A stretch of 64,000 bases of DNA. Source: Hypanus sabinus (Eukaryota). Below are positions 63,973 to 64,000 of the stretch, piece after piece (the stretch's first letter is position 1; the number at the start of each line of letters is the position of its first letter). The notes below the pieces were generated by a model, which saw only the letters and a list, made by a program, of their open reading frames with translations, was not told where the DNA came from and searched no databases. Location of the stretch: the NCBI RefSeq assembly GCF_030144855.1, contig NC_082732.1, positions 22,568,001-22,632,000 on the forward strand, given 5' to 3'. Made by a program: the position numbers and the translations under genes.

Positions 63973-64000
63973 TCGCAGGCATTTATTTATATATATGACC

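Overview
Vertebrate genomic DNA, most likely a cartilaginous fish and probably a ray, inferred from the repeat content (V-SINE/HE1-like SINEs, CR1, Rex1/Babar, Penelope-like elements). Two protein-coding genes lie on the minus strand in the same order as human 1p36. FBLIM1 (migfilin) has a complete 7-exon CDS from 46051 to 21227 (1122 nt, 373 aa: filamin-binding motif, poly-Pro region, three LIM domains). The first coding exon of SPEN (11540-11458) sits in a CpG-island promoter rich in NRF1 and YY1 motifs, and SPEN intron 1 runs off the left end of the window. Upstream of FBLIM1 is a 3.05-kb internally deleted class I endogenous retrovirus (53130-56180, 4-bp TSD). It has two tRNA-Arg primer-binding sites and an in-frame integrase-env fusion. 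The rest is repeat-rich intron and intergenic DNA. It includes several ~110-170-bp Penelope terminal-repeat mini-insertions with 10-15-bp TSDs that carry minimal hammerhead-ribozyme motifs, an old ~270-bp duplication around the candidate FBLIM1 promoter, and nested LINEs. All calls were made by eye with no database searches. Repeat boundaries are approximate unless a TSD is given.
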